Origin: a virus
Reading direction: 5' to 3' (one strand)
Length of the DNA stretch: 64,000 nucleotides
IMG/VR virus record: IMGVR_UViG_3300036716_002035
Coordinates: 7,610 to 71,609 of that record
The notes beneath the pieces are model-generated. The model was given only the letters and a program-made list of their open reading frames with translations. It did no database searches and was not told the DNA's origin. A program made the translations under genes and the position numbers. Within the stretch, counting starts at the first letter, position 1. Each line of letters opens with the position of its first letter. This document shows positions 18,267 through 26,082 of this stretch, in pieces.

Positions 18267-19022
18267 TTAAAATTTAAAAACCTTTCTCCCTGAGTGATCC
18301 CTCTCTTTACCTAAATGAAAAACAGGAACGGCAATTTCTACCTTGTTCTCCCAGAAAGCTCTAAAATGAATGTCTGATCCTCCACACGTCGGGAAGGAAG
18401 GGTAAATGTCCCCTGCGGATTTAGCTATATTACTAAATTGGCCGCTACTGTAAGACTGAACCTCATTCATCATGGCTTCTGGAAAGAGAATCGTTTGGTC
18501 CTTAATGAATTTTAAGCACTCGCTATTTATATTAAATAATTGAAAAAACCCACAGCAAACTTCCTCTGGCTTGTCGATAAGCTCTCCAACGGGACGGGGC
18601 GCATAAAATAGAGCAAATTCTTTTAGTAAAGCTAAATATTCCTCTCTATCAGAAATTTCAACCCTTCGCGCACCATACAAAGTGTTTAATTTGAGGTTTT
18701 TATTTTTAGGATTTAAAATTTCTTCGTAGCCACGGGGTAGAACAATGTCTGAATCTAAATGCAAAACCCAACTTGGGTCTTTTAAATTATTAAATGCTTC
18801 GTTTAGCGCTAAGCCGCGATTAAAATGCGCCCCGTCCTTGTAGAAAAGGTCGGTTTTTATACAATCCACATCATTGTCGATACAGACCTTCTGGGTTTCA
18901 TAGTCTGTAGGAGTGGTAACAACGACTACCCGCTCTACCTTTCTTTTATTGATTGGCAGTGTCTCGCGCAGAAAGTGGGCGTGATTTACGCAAGCAACTA
19001 CGATTTCGAATTTATCCTCCAT
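18267..19022 (-). CDS. GT-A fold glycosyltransferase
   Basis: CVNHAHFL..LP.N, FNRGLALN, HLDSD (DxD), GFFQLF, HLG; paralogue of 42811 and 45233. Confidence 0.75.
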   Translation of the reverse strand: MEDKFEIVVACVNHAHFLRETLPINKRKVERVVVVTTPTDYETQKVCIDNDVDCIKTDLFYKDGAHFNRGLALNEAFNNLKDPSWVLHLDSDIVLPRGYEEILNPKNKNLKLNTLYGARRVEISDREEYLALLKEFALFYAPRPVGELIDKPEEVCCGFFQLFNINSECLKFIKDQTILFPEAMMNEVQSYSSGQFSNIAKSAGDIYPSFPTCGGSDIHFRAFWENKVEIAVPVFHLGKERDHSGRKVFKF

Positions 19023-19357
19023 TACTTCACCAAAGCCGTTGCCAGATCAATGATCGACACCTCTTGGATTAGTTCATCTTCAAGCTTTTCGTACATATCA
19101 GACTCGCTAAATCCCTCAAGCTTCGCCCATTTGTATATTTTAGGGTCTTGCATAAAAACTTTTAAAGTACCATTTTGATCAAGGCCTACGCTTGCATAAG
19201 TATTATTGTCAGAAGTGCAGATTACCATGATTTTTCCAGAGGAAACTTTAATATATTTTAAATATAAAGAGGTATTGTTTTTTGAGCAATGGTTTTGCAG
19301 GTAAAGTATTGCCACTTCCAGCATGGGGTCTAATTTGTGTTTTGTATTCTCTGACAT
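19022..19357 (-). CDS. hypothetical protein
   Basis: ORF downstream of a TTGACA promoter. Confidence 0.6.
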   Translation of the reverse strand: MSENTKHKLDPMLEVAILYLQNHCSKNNTSLYLKYIKVSSGKIMVICTSDNNTYASVGLDQNGTLKVFMQDPKIYKWAKLEGFSESDMYEKLEDELIQEVSIIDLATALVK

Positions 19358-19450
19358 ATCTCTTTAACTCTACCGAATTTGACAGGTTTGTCAAGTTTAA
19401 TTTTGACGATTAAGGTTTGGTCATTATTAATTGTTTCTTCTATTTTATAT

Positions 19451-20095
19451 TTATCTAAAATCATAATTAAAATTTTCAAAATCTTTTTGATATCTTTTAT
19501 TTATTATATCAATTAAATCTTTTGTGTAAAATTCATCAATCTTATTCCCAACTCCTGTTACAGCAGTTTTTCTTATGTTATTAGGAATATCTATTTCTTC
19601 TCCCATTTTATTCCAATCGTTATTAAAAGATTCTACTTTTCCAAAAAAATTATAATCAATTTTGTCTATAAACAAACAAGTTGTTAACGTTACAAAGTGT
19701 TGGTCCGACAATTCATCTGGTATATCTTTTATTACATTTACAAAGTCAGAAAATGATTGGCCATATGTAATTCCTGGTATTAAAAATAATCTACTGCCTT
19801 TCTTGGATTTAACCCAACCATTCCAGCAAGATAATATTCTATTATAAGGATTTCTTGTAAATGAAAAAGTATATTTATTTTTGCTTATATCTATTGCTTT
19901 TTGTAATTTAGTACGACTCCACCCATCATTGGGGATAGTATCTCTTATAGTGCTACTTGCGCACTTTGGGGCCGACACATACATATAATTTTCTTTTTCA
20001 ATATATTGTAATATTGGAGAATCCTCTGGTAAGTTGTACTTATTTTTTTCCTCTTGCGAGGAATATCTCATATAGCAAAATTTTTCCATAATCAT
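19451..20095 (-). CDS. sulfotransferase family 2 protein
   Basis: PKCASSTI (5'-PSB), FTRNPYNRILS (3'-PB), DQHF, GKVESF..D, YQKDFENFNY. Confidence 0.85.
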   Translation of the reverse strand: MIMEKFCYMRYSSQEEKNKYNLPEDSPILQYIEKENYMYVSAPKCASSTIRDTIPNDGWSRTKLQKAIDISKNKYTFSFTRNPYNRILSCWNGWVKSKKGSRLFLIPGITYGQSFSDFVNVIKDIPDELSDQHFVTLTTCLFIDKIDYNFFGKVESFNNDWNKMGEEIDIPNNIRKTAVTGVGNKIDEFYTKDLIDIINKRYQKDFENFNYDFR

Positions 20096-20146
20096 ATTTT
20101 TTTATCTGATATGAATTTATCTCTTAAGTCATGAATAATTATATAT

Positions 20147-20368
20147 TCATGCATTATTCTTTTTAAACCTTTTATAGGCTAATAAAAGCATGTTAAGTAC
20201 CGCTTGATCGTTAACCAGACTTCCGTCTCTGCGAAAACATCCATGATCATTACAGAAATAAGTCTTTCTTGATACATATTTAAAGAACGAGAAAAAGGAA
20301 AAGGGGTGCGAGATTTCTATCTCGCACCCCAATCCCCGTTGTCTTATCGAAGATACAAAGCTTTTCAT
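20147..20368 (-). CDS. hypothetical protein
   Basis: ORF track. Confidence 0.55.
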   Translation of the reverse strand: MKSFVSSIRQRGLGCEIEISHPFSFFSFFKYVSRKTYFCNDHGCFRRDGSLVNDQAVLNMLLLAYKRFKKNNA

Positions 20369-20372
20369 TTAG

Positions 20373-20900
20373 CTATTGATCATAAAGAGCATTAAATATA
20401 GATTTAGATTTGCTCCTTAACCTAGCCCTCCTTTCGGCGGCATCCTTTGCCCTTTCTTTTTCTAGCCTTTCTCTTTCCGCAGCCTTGTCAATTAGGGCTT
20501 CATTTTCATCAGAGAGCGTAGCCAGCTCCCTCAATAGCTCCTCGCGCCTTTCCTCTCTAGACTGTGCCTCTGCACCATGATCTTTAACTTCTCCCTCTAG
20601 CTCGTTAACATTATCTCCTAGATCTATAACCTCTCTTTTTAGGTCTCTTAATTCAGCATGCAAAGCCGCTTCTTCGGCAGCCTTTTGCGCTTTATCTAGC
20701 CGATCAGCTTCTTCTTGCTCGGGAGTACCTTTAGCACAAATTAAAAATAAAACTTCTTGGCCCTCGTCTTCATTAACGATAACTTCGCTATATTCTACAA
20801 GGTCAAGCCACTGATCCTTATCTAAGGATACATAGTTAACGCTTTCCCTAACTTGGTCAGGGAAAGAACTGCTGGTAACAAGTGCATAATCTAGGTCCAT
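20373..20900 (-). CDS. coiled-coil hypothetical protein
   Basis: Long E/K/R/A-rich C-terminal half; GTGTA motif 10 nt upstream. Confidence 0.65.
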   Translation of the reverse strand: MDLDYALVTSSSFPDQVRESVNYVSLDKDQWLDLVEYSEVIVNEDEGQEVLFLICAKGTPEQEEADRLDKAQKAAEEAALHAELRDLKREVIDLGDNVNELEGEVKDHGAEAQSREERREELLRELATLSDENEALIDKAAERERLEKERAKDAAERRARLRSKSKSIFNALYDQ

Positions 20901-20915
20901 ACGAGCCTAATACAC

Positions 20916-21233
20916 TTAGGCTAATAATTCTGGAACTTCGTCACCTGCCGAAGCCTTACTAGGTGGAGGCGTACCTCCTGCTTCTTGAGACTCCTCTGGA
21001 GCACTAGGCTTCTTAGTGTCTTCTGACTTGTAGATCACAAAATCTGGAGCATTTGGGTTCTTGCTTTTATTCTTATTGGTAAAAATTACCAATCTGACTT
21101 CCTGCTCAACACCAAACTCTCCGATCTTTACAAAACCAGAAAGATAATTTTGGCTCTTACCCTCCTTCTTCCAAAGGGCTCCAAGTTCACGATTACTCCA
21201 CTCATTATTTTTTGCGCTATTTTCTTCACTCAT
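20916..21233 (-). CDS. DUF736-like protein (possible ssDNA-binding)
   Basis: ELGALWKKEGKSQNYLSG...NPNAPDFVI plus a flexible acidic/Pro tail. Confidence 0.65.
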   Translation of the reverse strand: MSEENSAKNNEWSNRELGALWKKEGKSQNYLSGFVKIGEFGVEQEVRLVIFTNKNKSKNPNAPDFVIYKSEDTKKPSAPEESQEAGGTPPPSKASAGDEVPELLA

Positions 21234-21417
21234 AATTTTTTTAAGTTGTTTTTGGGTTAGTTATTAAAAAGTTTTTCTAAATTAATTAAATATTTCTTTC
21301 GATCATTTGGCGATAAGGAATCATATTCATCCTTTATGGACCTGTATGTCCTCCTGACTATGGGGTCATCTTTTTTAAAAGACATGATCTTTCTTATTTT
21401 TTTTGCCACCTTGCTGT

Positions 21418-21621
21418 TCATTTTCGCCTTTCTTCAAAAAGGTTTTTGATTTTAATTCCCGTTTCCGCTAGAGAGCTATACTTATCAAGTTCTTCTATCA
21501 GAGATTTGATTTTAGTATATCTGCCTGAAGTTATTGCTGTCTCCAACTCTATAAGCTTTTGCTCCCTCTGGGCAATAAATTCATTTATTACAGGTTTTAA
21601 GTATTCTGATATATTATTCAT
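21418..21621 (-). CDS. hypothetical protein
   Basis: ORF track. Confidence 0.55.
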   Translation of the reverse strand: MNNISEYLKPVINEFIAQREQKLIELETAITSGRYTKIKSLIEELDKYSSLAETGIKIKNLFEERRK

Positions 21622-21761
21622 TATTTATTATTAAAAAAACAGGCGTAAGCAAAGATCGATGTACTTACAAAAACAAAAAAATCTAAAACAGGGTAATCCA
21701 TATTATGTATATTAAACTTGAAGTAGTTTATGTTATCCAAAGCGATTTGTCAAGAACTAAA

Positions 21762-22703
21762 TCAAACTTGACTCCATTGAACACTGAGAAGGTCAGATAA
21801 TTCTTTACCGCCTCCATAAGAAATTGAAGATTGCAAATCCTCCTGTATTTCTGTTAATTTTTGATCATAAGTCATGTTATTAGTTGGGACTTCCTTCATG
21901 ACCCCCTCGACATGAGATTTGGTTCCTTTGTTATGTTCGCTTGCTGATCCGAAATACTGCTTATAAATTTTACCATCTATAACTGTAGTGATAGCAGGGC
22001 TATCTACGCATCGACTAAAAAGTGATCCTGCCATAGATAATCTGGCCCCCGCTACTAAAGATTTAGCGATATCTCCATTGCATCTAATTCCCCCATCAGC
22101 AATAATTGGTAAATTAGAACTTGCTTGGGTGCAATCTATTATAGAAGAGAACATTGGTCGTGTGAAGCCCGTTTTGTCTTTGGTAGTGCAAACATTACCT
22201 TGCCCTATCCCCACCTTGGCGCAATTTGCGCCCCACCTAGCTAGATCATTCACCGCTTCAGCGGTTGCAACGTTCCCCGCTATAATAAAACTATCGGGAA
22301 GCTTGTCTTCGATGTGAGCTAACATTTCTTTAACTAAAGGACTATGCCCATGAGCAATATCTATCGTAATAAAGTCTACCTTTCTGGCGTGCGCAGAAAT
22401 AACCTCTATATCCTTAAAATCTTTATCCTTGACCCCGACACTGATTGAAATTGTTTTCCAGTCTTTAGCCCTCTTACAAAATTCAATAGGACAAACCCCA
22501 AATCTATGCATTATATAAAAATAACCTGCTTCGCTTAGTTTTTCTGCCAAAGATTCATCAATAACGGCCTTCATGTTGGCGGGAACAATAGGGAGTTTAA
22601 ACCTGTGGTTCCCCAGCGTTACTGAAGTATCTGCCTCGCTCCTACTAGAAACCTGAGATTCTCGAGGGATAAGGGTTACATCTGAATATCGAAGCTCTTT
22701 CAT
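21762..22703 (-). CDS. guaC: GMP reductase
   Basis: YSDVTLIP, PANMKAVI, YIMHRF, IDIAHGHS, IAGNV, KVGIGQGNVCTT, ADGGIR, YFGSASE, LQSSISY; likely start MKELR at 22703. Confidence 0.93.
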   Translation of the reverse strand: MKELRYSDVTLIPRESQVSSRSEADTSVTLGNHRFKLPIVPANMKAVIDESLAEKLSEAGYFYIMHRFGVCPIEFCKRAKDWKTISISVGVKDKDFKDIEVISAHARKVDFITIDIAHGHSPLVKEMLAHIEDKLPDSFIIAGNVATAEAVNDLARWGANCAKVGIGQGNVCTTKDKTGFTRPMFSSIIDCTQASSNLPIIADGGIRCNGDIAKSLVAGARLSMAGSLFSRCVDSPAITTVIDGKIYKQYFGSASEHNKGTKSHVEGVMKEVPTNNMTYDQKLTEIQEDLQSSISYGGGKELSDLLSVQWSQV

Positions 22704-22888
22704 TAATTTTGTAATTCTGACTGTATTTGTTCTTGTTTTTTTAGACACCGATCTAAATGAAACTGACAAAGTTTAATGTTTTTTTTACCCCTGATGAATC
22801 CGCCCCGATTTAATCTAAGTTGCCACTGCCTGATTTGACGTCCAATACTACTTAGTCTTTGTGCTGTTGAGAGTAACTTTTTTCCCAT
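22703..22888 (-). CDS. hypothetical protein
   Basis: Coupled to both neighbours by overlapping stop/start. Confidence 0.55.
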   Translation of the reverse strand: MGKKLLSTAQRLSSIGRQIRQWQLRLNRGGFIRGKKNIKLCQFHLDRCLKKQEQIQSELQN

Positions 22889-23430
22889 TATCTAAATTCC
22901 TTTCTTAATAATCTCCATCGATCTGAATCAATAGGCTTATTGCCATCATCAATAGCATAAAGCATTGAAATAATTTCGTCAATACTATTATAAATATATT
23001 TATGAGGAAACATGCCAAGCATCCACAAAGGCGTTTTGGCTTTGCCTCCGTCCATACTGACAAATACGGGTTTTTTTTCTCTTACGGCAGTTACAATTTC
23101 TTCCGCCGAGCCCCAGCTTGCTACATCTGGAACAAGGTGCGCTATAATAAAATCCGATCTATCTACTAAATTTAAATCATACGCACGAACCATCTTCATT
23201 CGTTCGCTCACACGATCATATTGCTTGGTACTCATCCAGGTTTCCATATCTTGGCGCGAGGCCTCGTCTTCCTCCACGTCTTTAATAAAAGGTTTTTTAT
23301 AAGGATCAAAACATGTAATCCCTAAAGGATTCAACCTTTCAGTCACCTCTTCCCTCCAGTTTCTACCGCTCACATATTGCATGTGCCCGACAAGATAAGT
23401 TTTAGTTTTGTATAAGAGATTCTTACTCAT
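22888..23430 (-). CDS. nucleoside 2-deoxyribosyltransferase-like protein
   Basis: TYLVGHM...NWR...FDP...DLNLVDRSDFIIA...SWGSAEEI...KPV; start MSKNL at 23430. Confidence 0.75.
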   Translation of the reverse strand: MSKNLLYKTKTYLVGHMQYVSGRNWREEVTERLNPLGITCFDPYKKPFIKDVEEDEASRQDMETWMSTKQYDRVSERMKMVRAYDLNLVDRSDFIIAHLVPDVASWGSAEEIVTAVREKKPVFVSMDGGKAKTPLWMLGMFPHKYIYNSIDEIISMLYAIDDGNKPIDSDRWRLLRKEFR

Positions 23431-23462
23431 GCCAACGATCTTACGGCAAAAGTTAAAAAATG

Positions 23463-23885
23463 TCAAGAAATTATTTCTTTGAGATGAGATAGATACCTCA
23501 AATGCTTTTCACTTATTAAAGCTCCATAACAATTTTGAAAATCACCATACTTTTTAAAAAAGTCTATACCAAAAACAAAATCAGTAGTCCTATTAAATGA
23601 CATAAATTTAAATTTTGCAAAACTAGAAATTTCAAATTCATATTTCTTATGAGCTTCGTCATTACATGCAAAAATACGCTCATAAAAAAAATTCAAGCAC
23701 TCATCAGAGTTGTACTTAATTTTTTTTGAAGCTAAGTCTATCTCCCACTCTAAATCATTAAATTTTAACCAAACTTTTTCCACAAAACCTATATGTGGTT
23801 CGTTGTTCTCTTTGATTTCATCGACTTTACAATTAACAAAAAAACCTTTGCCTTGAAAAAGAGCTGCGTAATAGGGTAATCTCAT
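23463..23885 (-). CDS. hypothetical protein
   Basis: Likely start MRLPYY at 23885, divergent from the gene at 23904. Confidence 0.6.
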   Translation of the reverse strand: MRLPYYAALFQGKGFFVNCKVDEIKENNEPHIGFVEKVWLKFNDLEWEIDLASKKIKYNSDECLNFFYERIFACNDEAHKKYEFEISSFAKFKFMSFNRTTDFVFGIDFFKKYGDFQNCYGALISEKHLRYLSHLKEIIS

Positions 23886-23902
23886 GTGTAATGGGTTTAC
23901 AC
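23886..23902. promoter_or_regulatory. two overlapping, oppositely oriented GTGTA motifs (palindrome)
   Basis: GTGTAA-TGGGT-TTACAC fills almost all of the 18 nt between divergent ATGs at 23885 and 23904. Confidence 0.65.
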
Positions 23903-23903
23903 T

Positions 23904-24731
23904 ATGATAACATACTATTACCAATTTGACTTAACTTCATCAAGTATATCTATACCAACTAGCGGATCCGTATCTGACGAAGGCTACGACTTAACTGAAT
24001 TTAATGCGGACTCAAGAGGCACTCCCAGAGTGGCCGATTGGTCAGATATAAGCTCAATGACTGAAGCCGAGTATGATATATTTTTAGAAGCTTTAGGCTT
24101 AGATAATGTAGATCAAACATTTTTTGTAAGCTGGAACTCAAGATCTTCTTCATACCAAAACAGAAATCAATATTGGTGGTATGGAAATAGTATTGCCCGA
24201 CCATTCTGGGCAAGAATTAATCCAAGTAGCCCAGGCGGTTGGCACCAGCAAAATAATATCACCTCAGAAAAAGAGATAGTTCTTGGTTCTTGGAGCCCAG
24301 CCAGTTTAAGGTCTTTAGTATTTTTTCCAGACTACGAAGCAAACGGGGGCCGTCAAACTATGACAGTTTCATTTGCTAGTCAAGACCCAAGCACAGAAGA
24401 CTTCTGCTTTTTGAATGGTAGTGGCGCTCTAAGGCAAAGTGATAATATGAATCTATATATAGATGGGACTTACGAAGCAACTTGGAATAAATACAATAAT
24501 AAAACTGTTTATTATAACTCAGCTGCAATTATGTATGCTTTCTGGGATGATGATGATGAATGGAAAGTTACAGATCAAAATCCAAATCTATATCTTGCCC
24601 AGGGCGATGAACTAGAAACAGGGCATTATATGGCACAAACAATAAGCGGTAGTAATAATCCTGCAAACGACACTTGGATTGAAGTAGTTAGAGGTACTTA
24701 CGTTAGTGGCGCAGAAGGATCGTGCAGTTAA
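23904..24731 (+). CDS. hypothetical protein, possibly virion-associated
   Basis: 275-aa S/T/N/W/Y-rich beta-type sequence with GTGTA motif upstream. Confidence 0.7.
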   Translation: MITYYYQFDLTSSSISIPTSGSVSDEGYDLTEFNADSRGTPRVADWSDISSMTEAEYDIFLEALGLDNVDQTFFVSWNSRSSSYQNRNQYWWYGNSIARPFWARINPSSPGGWHQQNNITSEKEIVLGSWSPASLRSLVFFPDYEANGGRQTMTVSFASQDPSTEDFCFLNGSGALRQSDNMNLYIDGTYEATWNKYNNKTVYYNSAAIMYAFWDDDDEWKVTDQNPNLYLAQGDELETGHYMAQTISGSNNPANDTWIEVVRGTYVSGAEGSCS

Positions 24732-24757
24732 ACATTTAAAACAAACACAAAAACATT

Positions 24758-25033
24758 ATGAATTTTAATTTAACTTGGAGCAGCTCAAATAATAGGTTTG
24801 AGGGTAGTAATAGTGAAACACTTCACCACAACGGAACAACATGGGTTTTTAATTCTAGCAATGATGGAATATATAACTGCACAGCATCATATCTAGGTAG
24901 CCCTATAGGGGCCCATGTAGACCCAGGTAGTTCTAGCATAGATTGGAGCTGCTCTGCAACAATTACAGCTAGTGGTGGAGTTGCAGGAGATCCACATATT
25001 AAACCACTTTTAGGCAAGCCTTATACTATTTAA
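24758..25033 (+). CDS. hypothetical protein ending in a GDPH motif
   Basis: C-terminus ...ASGGVAGDPHIKPLLGKPYTI resembles the start of a vWF type D domain. Confidence 0.6.
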   Translation: MNFNLTWSSSNNRFEGSNSETLHHNGTTWVFNSSNDGIYNCTASYLGSPIGAHVDPGSSSIDWSCSATITASGGVAGDPHIKPLLGKPYTI

Positions 25034-25541
25034 AATTTTTAGTAACCTGCTTGCAAATCTTTTTAAAATCTTTTAAAGCGAGAGCTCCTTTCATCCTGTT
25101 AGCTTCTGCAATAACTGGAGCACAATTCTTTAAAGAACAGCCTCCACCCTTAGACAAAGGTGTAATATGGTCTAGGCTATAAGTGTGTTTATTGTTTAAA
25201 TCTATAGATTGTCCCGTTAAATAACATTTTGGATTCTTGCCGAACTTTTTAATAAAATCCTCCACCGAAAAACGTTTAATCTCAGAATTAAATTTCATTC
25301 TACGAGTCGTGCCAAAAAAATTTTCTATCTTCGTTGCCAAAGTATTTTTCTCTCTGCGCAGGGCTCGCCGAGCATGACATTTTTGCTTACCCCCTTCAGC
25401 TAAATGGTAATTAACAGTGCTAATAGAGCAGGGGACGGTTCGAGAAATTTCCCGATAACTCAAACCTTCCTTGCCTAATTGTATAATTTGAGGACCAATT
25501 CCACGAGGGAGAGTAGAGGCCTGAGTTTGTTTTTTATTCAA
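25026..25541 (-). CDS. HNH endonuclease with N-terminal HTH
   Basis: GLSYREISRTVPCSISTVNYH (HTH); CYLTG...SLDHITPLSKGG...N......ANRMKG (HNH). Confidence 0.85.
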   Translation of the reverse strand: MNKKQTQASTLPRGIGPQIIQLGKEGLSYREISRTVPCSISTVNYHLAEGGKQKCHARRALRREKNTLATKIENFFGTTRRMKFNSEIKRFSVEDFIKKFGKNPKCYLTGQSIDLNNKHTYSLDHITPLSKGGGCSLKNCAPVIAEANRMKGALALKDFKKICKQVTKNFK

Positions 25542-25920
25542 TTCTAAACACCTCCCACCTAACCTTCTTTTCGTTTACTTGATCTCTTATTCTGCGCTGA
25601 TTTTTATTCAACTGGCTTTTGCCCGTTTTGACTTCCATGAATATTATTTCATCTTCTTCAAAGATAATAAAATCAATTGGAGAAGCAAGAAATCTTGCCT
25701 GCTTGCGATTATATTTAAAATCTTTTAATAAGGGAGAAAAGTGCTCAGCAATCTGCCCTGTCCTGACCTCTGAGCTTTTTTTCTGAGATACTATTTTTTG
25801 AGATTTGAGACTGGCTGTTTCTATCTTCTCTATATATAATAGTTTATCCCTTCTCCATAATAAGAAAATTAAAATACATAAATGTACTGCTAGTATTGGA
25901 ATTCCTATTTCCACTTGCAA
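25534..25920 (-). CDS. Holliday-junction-resolvase-like endonuclease with N-terminal TM helix
   Basis: GQIAEHFSP...ARFLASPIDFIIF...IIFMEVKTGKSQLNKNQRRIRD. Confidence 0.8.
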   Translation of the reverse strand: MQVEIGIPILAVHLCILIFLLWRRDKLLYIEKIETASLKSQKIVSQKKSSEVRTGQIAEHFSPLLKDFKYNRKQARFLASPIDFIIFEEDEIIFMEVKTGKSQLNKNQRRIRDQVNEKKVRWEVFRIE

Positions 25921-26072
25921 TAATTAGGGTTTTGCGCTCGTTTTCTACGCATGTAATCCCTCTTCTGTGCCCTGCGCCTCTCCATATCTGATTCATCATA
26001 TTTTTTTCTAGCCTTATCTTGTGCGAGCTTACCTCTTGGGCTTTTTGAGTATTTTTTTTGACTGTTATTCAT
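25905..26072 (-). CDS. small basic hypothetical protein (not in ORF track)
   Basis: 55-aa ORF MNNSQKKYSKSPRGKLAQ... fills the gap after clpC. Confidence 0.5.
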   Translation of the reverse strand: MNNSQKKYSKSPRGKLAQDKARKKYDESDMERRRAQKRDYMRRKRAQNPNYCKWK

Positions 26073-26082
26073 GTATCGTCCA

